From an uncultured Eubacteriales bacterium (GTDB taxonomy: Bacteria; Bacillota; Clostridia; Christensenellales; CAG-917), in the NCBI GenBank assembly GCA_900545885.1, contig URAF01000004.1, positions 65,100 to 129,099 on the forward strand: a stretch of 64,000 nt of DNA, in the 5' to 3' direction. The notes under the pieces are model-generated. The model worked only from the letters and a program-made list of their open reading frames with translations, had not been told where the DNA came from and did not search any database. Numbering within the stretch: the stretch's first letter is position 1; every line of letters begins with the position of its first letter. Of the stretch, positions 1-8,556 are shown one piece after another. The position numbers and the translations under genes are program-made.

Positions 1-1
1 G

Positions 2-592
2 GCAATCCTCACCGTCGTCGTCGGAACCGTTCTCGGCATAATAAGCGGCTATATAGGCGGCTGGGTGGACAAAATCATAATGGGAATTACCAACATATTC
101 CTTGCCATTCCGTCCTTCCCGATATACCTGTTGCTTGCCGCTATCGTGACAATCGACACCCCGTTCTCGCTTGCGGTTGTCATATCGCTGTGGAGCTGGG
201 CGGGACTGTGCCGCGCAATCAGGGTTCAGATACTCAGTCTGAAAGAGCGCGACTTCATTCAGATATGCACGGTTATGCATATGAGCAAGGCTCATATCAT
301 CTTCAAGGAACTTCTGCCCAACGTATTCAGCTATATAGCAATCAACTTCGTCATGGCAATGCGCAACGCAATCATGGCGAGTGTCGGTATCATGCTCGTC
401 GGTCTTGCGGCGTACGACCCGACCAACTGGGGCGCAATCATCAACGCGGCGAGAACCAAAGGTCTTATCAACGTAAAGAACATCTACATCATGATGTATC
501 CGCTGATTGCGATAGTCATTTTCCAGGCGTCCACGCTCATGCTGGCAAACGGACTTGACGAAACGCTCAATCCGCGTCTCAAAGTGCTGTAA
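2..592 (+). CDS. ABC transporter permease, peptide/nickel (OppC/DppC-type), 5' end cut by window edge
   Basis: Frame is open from base 2 (AILTVVVGTVLGIISGYIGGWVDKIIMG...). It encodes the C-terminal half of a binding-protein-dependent permease with several hydrophobic helices, and is directly followed by two Opp-type ATPase genes. Confidence 0.85.
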   Translation, partial: AILTVVVGTVLGIISGYIGGWVDKIIMGITNIFLAIPSFPIYLLLAAIVTIDTPFSLAVVISLWSWAGLCRAIRVQILSLKERDFIQICTVMHMSKAHIIFKELLPNVFSYIAINFVMAMRNAIMASVGIMLVGLAAYDPTNWGAIINAARTKGLINVKNIYIMMYPLIAIVIFQASTLMLANGLDETLNPRLKVL

Positions 593-603
593 AGAGGTGT
601 GAT

Positions 604-1851
604 ATGAAATTCGACATTCCATTTCTGAAAAAGAAAGCATACGAGAATGCTGCAAACGACGCGGAATACACCATGGTTGCAAAATGCGAAAGCGCGAGTG
701 CCGAACAAGCCGAAAAACTTGCGGCAGAAGCGGCTGAGGAAAGCGAAAAGCTGGACGAACTCCGTGAGAACGCGGAAGAGCGTATGCAAGCCGCGTCCGA
801 ACAGGAACCCGCAAAAGACAGCGCTTGCGAAACCTGCCACCCCGAGTTCGACAACATAGCCGAATTCAGGCACGTGTGCATTGACTATCCGCTCAAAAAA
901 TACACCATACGCGCGGTAACCGACATATCTCTCGACATTCGCCGCGGCAAAATCACCGCGTTGGTCGGGGAGAGCGGCTCGGGCAAAACCACGCTTGCGT
1001 CGTCGCTCATCAGATGTATATCCGAACCGGGCAGAATTGCGGCAGGCGAAGTCATCTTCCATTCCCGCCGCGACAACGGCGAAACCGAAGACATTCATAT
1101 CGAGTCGCTGAACGAAAAGGACATGCGCAAGTTCCGTTGGGACAAGGTGTCCATGGTATTTCAGGCGGCGCAAAGCGCGCTGAACCCCGTTATGACCGTG
1201 CGCCAGCAGTTCTACGAAACTCTTGCCGCGCACGACGCAAAACTCACGAAAGAGCAGAAGGAAGCGCGTTGCCGCGAATTGCTCGACTACGTCAAACTCG
1301 ACGTCGACCGCGTGCTTGCGTCCTATCCTCACGAACTGTCCGGCGGTATGAAACAGAGGGTTATGATAGCGTTTTCGTTGCTGTTAAACCCCGAATTGAT
1401 AATTCTCGACGAACCTACCACCGCACTCGACGTCATTACGCAGAGCTACATTTTCAATCTTCTGCGTCAGATTAACCGCGATATGGGCATATCCATGTTG
1501 CTCATGACTCACGACATCAGCGTCGTTGCGAAATTCGCCGATTACGTCGGCGTTATGTACGGCGGCAGACTTATGGAATACGGCAGCGTGCACGAGGTGT
1601 TCAAACACAGATATCACCCGTACACCGCGGGTCTTATCGGCGCGACGCCGTCCATTATCGGCAACATCGAGGATATGCACCCGATAGAAGGCAATCCCCC
1701 CGATTTGCTGAACCTGCCTTCGGGTTGCGTGTTCTCGCCGAGATGTCCTTTCTGCAAGGAGATATGCACGCAGTCGGAACCCGAAACCAGAGAAATGCCC
1801 GACGGAAGCAAAGGCAAATGCCATTTTTACAGGGAGGCGGAACATGAGTAA
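604..1851 (+). CDS. Oligopeptide/dipeptide-type ABC transporter ATP-binding protein (OppD-like) with ~85-aa acidic N-terminal extension
   Basis: Walker A GESGSGKTT, signature LSGGMKQR, Walker B LIILDEPTTALD, and the Opp C-terminal motif HPYTAGLIGATPS...CVFSPRCPFC. SD GAGGTG lies just upstream of the ATG. The first ~85 aa (AEQAEKLAAEAAEESEKLDELRENAEE...) are not part of the ABC fold. Confidence 0.9.
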   Translation: MKFDIPFLKKKAYENAANDAEYTMVAKCESASAEQAEKLAAEAAEESEKLDELRENAEERMQAASEQEPAKDSACETCHPEFDNIAEFRHVCIDYPLKKYTIRAVTDISLDIRRGKITALVGESGSGKTTLASSLIRCISEPGRIAAGEVIFHSRRDNGETEDIHIESLNEKDMRKFRWDKVSMVFQAAQSALNPVMTVRQQFYETLAAHDAKLTKEQKEARCRELLDYVKLDVDRVLASYPHELSGGMKQRVMIAFSLLLNPELIILDEPTTALDVITQSYIFNLLRQINRDMGISMLLMTHDISVVAKFADYVGVMYGGRLMEYGSVHEVFKHRYHPYTAGLIGATPSIIGNIEDMHPIEGNPPDLLNLPSGCVFSPRCPFCKEICTQSEPETREMPDGSKGKCHFYREAEHE

Positions 1852-3109
1852 GAAGAAAGCGAACGTGTTTGAAGAACAGACTGTCGCGGACATTCTTTCC
1901 GAAGAAAGCGACCCCACGGTCAAAGAGCAGACGCCTTCTCCCGAAAACGCGGCGGAAGTCGTTGCGGAACTCGGTGCGCAGGACGCCGCCGACAAAGCGA
2001 CCGTTGCCGACGAACAGCCCGCAGAAAACGTCGATACCGCGGAAGCGAACGAGAACGCGGACGGCGAAAAAGCGGACGGAGAGCAGACCGTACAGGCTGA
2101 CGGGGAAGAAACCGAGAACAACGGCGAACCCGAGCCTCTTCTCCGACTGGAAAAAATCAACATGATTTTCAAGAAGCCCGGTTCGGTGCTTATGGACAGG
2201 AACATACACGTTCTGAAAGACATCGACCTTTGCGTGTATCCCGGCGAAATCATCGCGCTGGTAGGCGAGAGCGGTTGCGGCAAAACCACGCTCGGCAAAA
2301 TCATCACGGGCGACGTGTATTTCGACGGAACAAAGGTGTCGGGCGTTTTCAGCAAAAAGCTGGCGTCCTACAATCAGGTTCAGTTCATTCAGCAGGACTC
2401 TTACGCCGCGCTGAACCCCGTACGCACCATATATCAGAGTCTGTACGCGCCTATCAAAACCCACAACCGTAAGTGGTCGCGCAAACAGATTGACGAAAAA
2501 ATCGAGGAACTCATGGAACTCATCGGATTGCAACCGTCCTCGCAGTTCCTCACCAAATATCCTCACCAGCTTTCGGGCGGTCAGCGTCAGAGAATTCTCA
2601 TGGCGAGAGCAATTTCGCTCGACCCGAAACTCATCGTCGCGGACGAACCCGTAAGTATGATTGACGTTTCGTTGCGTCTGTCCCTTCTCAACCTCATGAA
2701 GGAACTCAACGAAAAACTGAATATGTCGTTCGTTTACATCTCGCACGACCTGTCCACTACAAGGTATATCGCGCGCAACGGGAGAGTTTGCGTCATGTAT
2801 CTCGGACAGATTGTCGAGGTCGGAAACATCGGCGACGTGGTTTCCTGTCCCCGTCACCCGTACACCAGAGCGCTCATTCAGGCAGTTCCCGTTCCCGACC
2901 CCGAGTTCAGGGGCAACGACGAACTCCCGCTCAAATCCATGCAACTGGGTACGCTCGAAGACAGGGGAGAGGGTTGCGCATTTTACGAACGCTGTCTGTA
3001 CTCGCGCGAAGAGTGCAAACAGAAAATTTCGTACACCGCTACGGAAACGGCACAGGTACTCTGCGGGAACTTGGAGGCAGTTCCTTCCGACCCTGTGTAC
3101 AAAATATAA
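1844..3109 (+). CDS. Oligopeptide/dipeptide-type ABC transporter ATP-binding protein (OppF-like) with ~98-aa acidic N-terminal extension
   Basis: Walker A GESGCGKTT, signature LSGGQRQR, Walker B LIVADEPVSMIDVS, C-terminal HPYTRALIQAVP...GCAFYERC. The start overlaps the upstream stop (ATGAGTAA) and follows SD GGGAGG. The N-terminal ~98 aa are D/E/A/N-rich low complexity. Confidence 0.9.
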   Translation: MSKKKANVFEEQTVADILSEESDPTVKEQTPSPENAAEVVAELGAQDAADKATVADEQPAENVDTAEANENADGEKADGEQTVQADGEETENNGEPEPLLRLEKINMIFKKPGSVLMDRNIHVLKDIDLCVYPGEIIALVGESGCGKTTLGKIITGDVYFDGTKVSGVFSKKLASYNQVQFIQQDSYAALNPVRTIYQSLYAPIKTHNRKWSRKQIDEKIEELMELIGLQPSSQFLTKYPHQLSGGQRQRILMARAISLDPKLIVADEPVSMIDVSLRLSLLNLMKELNEKLNMSFVYISHDLSTTRYIARNGRVCVMYLGQIVEVGNIGDVVSCPRHPYTRALIQAVPVPDPEFRGNDELPLKSMQLGTLEDRGEGCAFYERCLYSREECKQKISYTATETAQVLCGNLEAVPSDPVYKI

Positions 3110-3126
3110 CTAACGGAGGAAGATTT

Positions 3127-6100
3127 ATGAGTAACACAGCATCGCAAAAAGTCGTGTATGCGTTCAGTGCATTGCTCGTGGTGTTGCTTGCACTTACGAT
3201 GGTGCTCAGCCTGAACGTTTACTCGATTCCGACTGCCGGTGCGGATCCTATCGAGAATATTCTCTACGAAGAAGACTTTTCGGAAGGAGTCGACCCGTCG
3301 CTGTCGGAGCACATGGTTGTAAACAACGGTGAAGCTACGCTTTCCAGCGGAAGAATGTTCAATCTGCCGATTGCGTCATTCCCCGATTCCAACAACGTCG
3401 AACTGTCCTTTGACCTCAGACTCGACGCCGCAACCGACATTTATATCCACCTTGTGGGACTTGACGGCTCTCTCAAAGCCAACATGTTCCTCGGCATCCT
3501 CGGTAACGGCGCCTACTGGCGTATGTCCAACCAGGGTTCTGACCTCGGTGGCGTTCAGTATGACGTTTACAACAACTCGGGCGACGACCAGGGAGGTCTT
3601 GACAGCAGCCCCGTCGACCTTTCGGAATTTGCACACGTTCAGTTCATTCACTACGAAGGATATCTCGAAGTCTGGGTGAACGGAACCCGTCGCGTCGTTT
3701 CCCACCTGTCCAACTTCGGTAACACCCGCTACATGCAGCGCGGCACCATCGAAGAAGGCAAAATCACGGGTATTGCAATTCACGCTCTCAATGCAAACGC
3801 CGCAGCCATCGACAACGTCAAAGTCAGCGAACCCACGGCACTTGCAACCTCTTACGAACAATCCTTCGACAGCGATTCTTACGGCAGCAAGGTTATCCTT
3901 CCTCTCTCCGCACAGAACCTCTATCAGGACAACTTTATGGTGAAGGCAACCTTCAACCTCGGCGACGCAACCAAGACCAACTACTATCCGAAGGTTAAAC
4001 TCGCGGGTCTTAACGCATCTCTCACCACCCAGAACGGCAAAGAATATTGCGTCAACGTTCAGGCACAAGTCAACGAAGGCACTTTCAATCCCGGTGTGTT
4101 CGGTCAGACCGAAACTCAGGATTGGGTAAACGCTTCCGGTGAAGCAGTCACCTTCGAACAGGGCGACGACATTGAATTCAGAGTAGAAGTGTACGGCGAC
4201 AACATCGACCTTTACATCAACGGTAAAGCCGCAGTTGCCACCACGTTCACCGAACTCGGACTCACCAAAGGCAAACTGCAGTATATCGTTCTCGATTGCG
4301 GCGGCGGTGGTATGACCCTTGAAAAAGTTACTTTCAACGGTTACGACAAACAGACCGCGGCATATGTCAGCACTCCTTCGACCCTCGTCAAAACCGGTTC
4401 CGACGTCACCTTCAACGCCGACATCTTCGGTATCAAGGGCGAAACCTTTGACTGGTACGTCAACGACGTCAAACAGAACGTCGAAGCAACCGAACTCACC
4501 CTTAACGCAGTTGAGGCAGGCACCTACAAAGTTGTCTACAAGAGCGACGCAACCGTGTCCAACGAAGTCGTAGTCAACGTTGTGGACAAAATCGCAACCA
4601 TATCCACTGAAACTCCCGAAATCTATGCCACCGACAGTGCAGTCATTACCGCAGTTCTCGACGGTGATTTTGCAGGAGAAGACATGAAGTGGTACGTCAA
4701 TGACGCACCCCAAGAAGAAGCATCTACCACGCTCACCCTCGAAGGGCTTTCTGCCGGGGAATATGTAATCGTTTACAAGGGCAACACCGTGAGCAGTAAC
4801 GAAATCACCGTTACCGTTCTCGACAGCGTTGTCGAAGTCACCACCGACCAGAACAGCTACTTTGTCGGCGAAACCGCAACCTTCGAAGCAACCCTCACGG
4901 GTATTCCCGAAGGCGTAACCGTCGAATGGTATGTTGACGGCGAACTCGTCGAAGGACAGAACGAAACCACCTTCACGCTTTCTCTCGAAGGCTATGAAGC
5001 GGGCAGCCAGATTTCCGTTGTCGCAAAAGCAGGCGAAGTAACTAGCGAAGAAGTCATCATCTCTCTCGCATTCGACGTGCTCGGCGGCATTACGGGCGAC
5101 GAAAACTACAAAGTCGTCTATGAAGACGTCATCGAAGACGGCGGTTCCTACGGCAATTTCAGCGTCGGTTCCGACGAAGACGGCACTTATCTTTACAGCC
5201 AGAACACGAGCGGCAGCACCTGGTATGAACCCAATGCGACCATGCCTTCTTCTACCAGCTTCATTCTGACTTATCAACTCTATATCCCCGCGGATATCGA
5301 CGGCACCTACTATGTCTATCCCTGCCTTGCCGGTCTTAACTCCAAGTACCCCAGCGGTCTGGTTGAAAGCGCAATCGAAGTCAACAGCGAAGGCGTACGT
5401 CCTTACTTCAAAGAGCAGAGCAACGGCATGCAGTACGAAGTCAAGGATTACGGTTTCGGCAAAGACCTCTCCTACGAAGGCGGCATAGCCAAGAAAGGCG
5501 ACTGGAACGAAATCGCTGTCGCAGTCAAGGGCAGCTATGTTACGATGTACGTCAACGGTGAAATCACCATGTTCTTCAACATGCCCACCGCGACCGTTCC
5601 TTCCCGCGTATCCTTCAACCTTTACCCCGACGGCGGTTCCGGTGTTGTGCCCGTCCGCATCAAGGGTATCGAAGTCAGCGGTATAGTCGAACCCGCTCCC
5701 GACCTCGTGAGCGTGTCCCTCTCCGTTTCCAACGTTGAAACCGAAGTCGACGGCACCATCACCGTCAGAGCAAACCTCAACCCCTTCAACGCGGAAGCAA
5801 ACGTTATCGAATGGTATGTCAACGACGTCAAAGTCGAAGGACAGAACACTCTCAACTTCACGTTCAGCGCAAGCGCAACGGGCGAATACAACATCCATTG
5901 CGTAATCGACGGCATCAAGAGCGAAGTCAGAACGGTTAAAGTTGTCGGTGCAGGCGGCGGAAACGGCGCAGGCGACGGCGCAACTCTTCCCGGCTGGGCA
6001 ATCGCAATCATCGTCATCGGTGCATTGGCAGTTGTCGGCGGTGCCGCAGCAGGTATCGTTATCGCTATGAAGAAAAAGAACGCGAAAGCCGAAAACGTAG

Positions 6101-6129
6101 CAAACGAAGAAGACAAAGACAACAACTAA
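3127..6129 (+). CDS. Large secreted surface protein: N-terminal signal/TM, three LamG/concanavalin-like jelly-roll modules, four Ig-like repeats, C-terminal TM anchor with Lys-rich tail
   Basis: ATG at 3127 is preceded by SD GGAGGA. The N-terminus MSNTASQKVVYAFSALLVVLLALTMVLSL is hydrophobic. LamG-like strands recur (YLEVWVNGTRRV, NIDLYINGKAAV, YVTMYVNGEITM). Four W-Y-V-(N/D) Ig-like repeats are present. The C-terminus is WAIAIIVIGALAVVGGAAAGIVIAMKKKNAKAEN. The part of the track ORF upstream of 3127 overlaps the ATPase gene and is rejected. Confidence 0.8.
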   Translation: MSNTASQKVVYAFSALLVVLLALTMVLSLNVYSIPTAGADPIENILYEEDFSEGVDPSLSEHMVVNNGEATLSSGRMFNLPIASFPDSNNVELSFDLRLDAATDIYIHLVGLDGSLKANMFLGILGNGAYWRMSNQGSDLGGVQYDVYNNSGDDQGGLDSSPVDLSEFAHVQFIHYEGYLEVWVNGTRRVVSHLSNFGNTRYMQRGTIEEGKITGIAIHALNANAAAIDNVKVSEPTALATSYEQSFDSDSYGSKVILPLSAQNLYQDNFMVKATFNLGDATKTNYYPKVKLAGLNASLTTQNGKEYCVNVQAQVNEGTFNPGVFGQTETQDWVNASGEAVTFEQGDDIEFRVEVYGDNIDLYINGKAAVATTFTELGLTKGKLQYIVLDCGGGGMTLEKVTFNGYDKQTAAYVSTPSTLVKTGSDVTFNADIFGIKGETFDWYVNDVKQNVEATELTLNAVEAGTYKVVYKSDATVSNEVVVNVVDKIATISTETPEIYATDSAVITAVLDGDFAGEDMKWYVNDAPQEEASTTLTLEGLSAGEYVIVYKGNTVSSNEITVTVLDSVVEVTTDQNSYFVGETATFEATLTGIPEGVTVEWYVDGELVEGQNETTFTLSLEGYEAGSQISVVAKAGEVTSEEVIISLAFDVLGGITGDENYKVVYEDVIEDGGSYGNFSVGSDEDGTYLYSQNTSGSTWYEPNATMPSSTSFILTYQLYIPADIDGTYYVYPCLAGLNSKYPSGLVESAIEVNSEGVRPYFKEQSNGMQYEVKDYGFGKDLSYEGGIAKKGDWNEIAVAVKGSYVTMYVNGEITMFFNMPTATVPSRVSFNLYPDGGSGVVPVRIKGIEVSGIVEPAPDLVSVSLSVSNVETEVDGTITVRANLNPFNAEANVIEWYVNDVKVEGQNTLNFTFSASATGEYNIHCVIDGIKSEVRTVKVVGAGGGNGAGDGATLPGWAIAIIVIGALAVVGGAAAGIVIAMKKKNAKAENVANEEDKDNN
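4357..5067 (+). repeat. Three tandem ~76-82-aa Ig-like domain repeats inside the surface-protein gene
   Basis: Repeat cores are FDWYVNDVKQNVEATELTLNAVEAGTYKVVYK, MKWYVNDAPQEEASTTLTLEGLSAGEYVIVYK and VEWYVDGELVEGQNETTFTLSLEGYEAGSQISVV. The similarity is also visible at DNA level (tggta[ct]gt[ct]aa[ct]gac). Confidence 0.8.
5707..5946 (+). repeat. Fourth, dispersed copy of the Ig-like repeat
   Basis: IEWYVNDVKVEGQNTLNFTFSASATGEYNIHCVIDG has the same pattern as the repeats at 4357-5067. Confidence 0.75.
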
Positions 6130-6146
6130 TCTCTTTTCCCCCCTAT

Positions 6147-6177
6147 GATTTCCGCCCCGAAAAACGGGGCGGAAATC
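6147..6177 (+). terminator. Perfect 13-bp stem-loop after the surface-protein gene (no U-tract)
   Basis: gatttccgccccg-aaaaa-cggggcggaaatc. It is not followed by a T-run, so it may be an inefficient terminator or an RNA-stabilising hairpin. Confidence 0.4.
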
Positions 6178-6215
6178 ACCCGCCGCTGAGAGGTTAAGGC
6201 TGTACAGGAGGACGC

Positions 6216-8171
6216 ATGAAAAAACTAGTTTCCTTAATTCTGACGGTTGCCGTGGTTGTAGGGGCCGTTTTTGCATTGCAGGCGTGTTCGCCCGACAACA
6301 AATCACAGGAGGAGTCTGCCGTGTTTGATTACGACTCTCTGTACAGTAGCAATCCCCGAGAACCTTATGCCGCTCCCGCCGGCGGCACCACAAACCGTGC
6401 CTCATACGGTTACACCCTGAAAGCCGAACAGGGTTACAACGATTGGAGTTATCTCTATTACAGCGGCGGCAATTACGCCGAGATGACTTACGACGGTTCG
6501 GCGGCAATGTGGCAGGGCGGCGGCGCGTCAATGAAAGACGACGTAATGTATCCCTCCGAAACTTCCGACGCAGTCCGCGGTTACGACGTGACCGCAAACG
6601 GCAGCGCAACGGTTTACGGCAATTTCAGGTGCGCGGACGGCGACTCTGCCGGCGCAACGGTTTCCGTATTCCGCAACAACACCGAAATCTATCGCGGTAC
6701 GCTCGAAGCGGGCGATACCGTGGGTAAATACTTCGAAGTTTCCGACACTCTCGATGTCGGCGACAAAATCTATTTCGTAGTTAAAGGCGCGGGAGCGAAA
6801 GTGTCCTTCAATCCCGTTGTGACTTACGAAAATTCGCAGAATAAATCCCTTTACCACCTCACCACACAAGGCAAACAGTACGGCGACGTGTTCCCGTACT
6901 ACGACGAGGAGCAGGGCAAACTCTATATGGGATTTCTCTGGTCGGACAATGCTAGCGGCGGTCAGTATCACGACGCCCTCGAAATTTCCGACAATATGCT
7001 GACGTTCACCGACGTTCCCGAAGCGGGCAACTACGATACCTGGCAGTATTACAAAGAGAACTACCGCATGCACTTCCTCTATGACTGCAACAGGTTCATC
7101 GACCGCTCGAAATATACGTTCGGCGTGCGTGACAACTTCCTTTATTTCGACGAAGAAAATCAGCGTTATCTGCTCATTGCGGGTTGCTATTACCGCTTTG
7201 ACAGCAGCGCACAGACAAGCGACCTCGTCATTTATTCTTCGGACGACCCCTATGCGCTCAGCTGGACGCGCGAAGGCAACGTCGTCGAAGCGGGATATTC
7301 GCGCAACCTTCCCGAATGTCCTTCGCTCATGAAAATCGGCGACAGATGGTACGTCTTCGTGTCCGTGGCTTACAACACCGCGCACCAGGTCGGACCTCTC
7401 CAATACTGGACGGGCGACGCGGGCGTGGACTGCATGGACGTCGATTGGAGCGACAAAGAGTTTTCCTTCCTCGACGGCGAAGACCTTTGTGCGGCACGTG
7501 TAACGCAGGTAGGCGAAAAAGTTTATATGTGGGGCTGGATTCCCGCAACCTACGACAGAATGCCTTGGGCGCCTTGGGCGGGATACCTCAATCTGCCTCG
7601 TGAAGTCATACAGCTTCCCGACGGTTCTCTCGGCGGCAGACTTGACCCCGCGCTCACCAAACTGCTCAACTACGGCAACGTTTACACTCTCGGAATAGAC
7701 AATTACACCGTTGCAGGCGGCAACGCCGTTTTCGAAAACGGTTCGCTCAACCTCACGGGTCAGGATAACAAAGTCATACTCGGCGACGGATTCAACCGCA
7801 ACTTCATAACCTTTACCGCGGATATGAAGGACAGCAACGAAATCGGCTACTACATGGAACAGGACGGCAAGCGTTACGAAATCGTCGTACGCAAATCGGG
7901 CGGCAAACTGTATATGCAGGTGCTGTCTCCCGACGACCCCAACCACAAGACGAACAGCACGATAAAAATCAACTCCGCAAGCGACGTGTTCGATTTCAAA
8001 ATCGTGTGCGACGGCGAATTCGTGGAGTTCTTCGTCAACGACCAATATGCGCTTACGGCGCACACCGCAATGGACGGAGCGTCCTACCGTGCGGGACTCA
8101 TTTCCGACGGCAACGCGACTTTCAGTGGCGTGTCTATAAACAAACTTCTGCCTTACGGTGAAATTTGCTGA
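6216..8171 (+). CDS. Lipoprotein, glycoside hydrolase family 32-like (beta-propeller plus C-terminal beta-sandwich) with extra N-terminal beta-rich domain
   Basis: Signal plus lipobox MKKLVSLILTVAVVVGAVFALQAC. GH32-like blocks: RDNFLYFDEE (RDP block), NLPECPSLMKIGDRWYVFVS (EC block) and YLNLPREVIQLPDGSL. The C-terminal EFVEFFVNDQYALTAHT is typical of the GH32 sandwich. The canonical WMNDPNG block is degenerate (YGDVFPYYD). Confidence 0.6.
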   Translation: MKKLVSLILTVAVVVGAVFALQACSPDNKSQEESAVFDYDSLYSSNPREPYAAPAGGTTNRASYGYTLKAEQGYNDWSYLYYSGGNYAEMTYDGSAAMWQGGGASMKDDVMYPSETSDAVRGYDVTANGSATVYGNFRCADGDSAGATVSVFRNNTEIYRGTLEAGDTVGKYFEVSDTLDVGDKIYFVVKGAGAKVSFNPVVTYENSQNKSLYHLTTQGKQYGDVFPYYDEEQGKLYMGFLWSDNASGGQYHDALEISDNMLTFTDVPEAGNYDTWQYYKENYRMHFLYDCNRFIDRSKYTFGVRDNFLYFDEENQRYLLIAGCYYRFDSSAQTSDLVIYSSDDPYALSWTREGNVVEAGYSRNLPECPSLMKIGDRWYVFVSVAYNTAHQVGPLQYWTGDAGVDCMDVDWSDKEFSFLDGEDLCAARVTQVGEKVYMWGWIPATYDRMPWAPWAGYLNLPREVIQLPDGSLGGRLDPALTKLLNYGNVYTLGIDNYTVAGGNAVFENGSLNLTGQDNKVILGDGFNRNFITFTADMKDSNEIGYYMEQDGKRYEIVVRKSGGKLYMQVLSPDDPNHKTNSTIKINSASDVFDFKIVCDGEFVEFFVNDQYALTAHTAMDGASYRAGLISDGNATFSGVSINKLLPYGEIC

Positions 8172-8211
8172 CGCACGGGGAATGACAGTGTTCCCGTAAA
8201 ACGGAATGTCA

Positions 8212-8556
8212 ATGGAAAAGCCAAACATAATCGTTATCAACATAGACGACCTCGGGTACGGCGATATAGGCTGCTACGGGTCTGAACGCAACAAAACTCC
8301 CAACATCGACAAACTTGCCGAGGATATAGGCGAAACGACGGACGTTGCGGAGTAGTTCCCCGAACAGGTTGCGAAAATCACCGAAGTTGCCGACTTCTAC
8401 CGCAAGGAACTCGGCGACGATTATACGGGAACAAAAAGCATAAACTGCCGCGAAAAAGGGTTTGTCAAAGAGTTCGGTTTCCGTACGCAGTACGACCCCC
8501 GACATCCATATATGATTGCGTTGTACGACCTCGACGACGCAAAGGAGAAGAAATGA
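8212..8556 (+). pseudogene. Sulfatase (arylsulfatase-family) remnant: N-terminal ~34 aa fused to C-terminal ~80 aa, with in-frame TAG
   Basis: [37 protein letters not shown] is a sulfatase N-terminus. It runs directly into [34 protein letters not shown]...YDLDDAKEKK, a typical sulfatase C-terminus. The whole catalytic core, including the C/S-x-P-x-R motif, is missing. An in-frame TAG sits at 8353-8355. Confidence 0.75.

Noticed and set aside
2788-3126. Upstream extension of the surface-protein ORF (track start 2788)
   Set aside because: This part overlaps the OppF-like gene in another frame and is Arg-rich nonsense. A proper SD plus ATG followed by a signal peptide begins at 3127.
3376-6609. 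1077-aa minus-strand ORF spanning the whole surface-protein gene
   Set aside because: It is antisense to a gene with clear domain repeats, a signal peptide and an SD. Its product is a low-complexity Arg/Gly/Val/Phe-rich sequence with no motifs. It is a shadow ORF, caused by the sense strand rarely using TTA, CTA and TCA codons.
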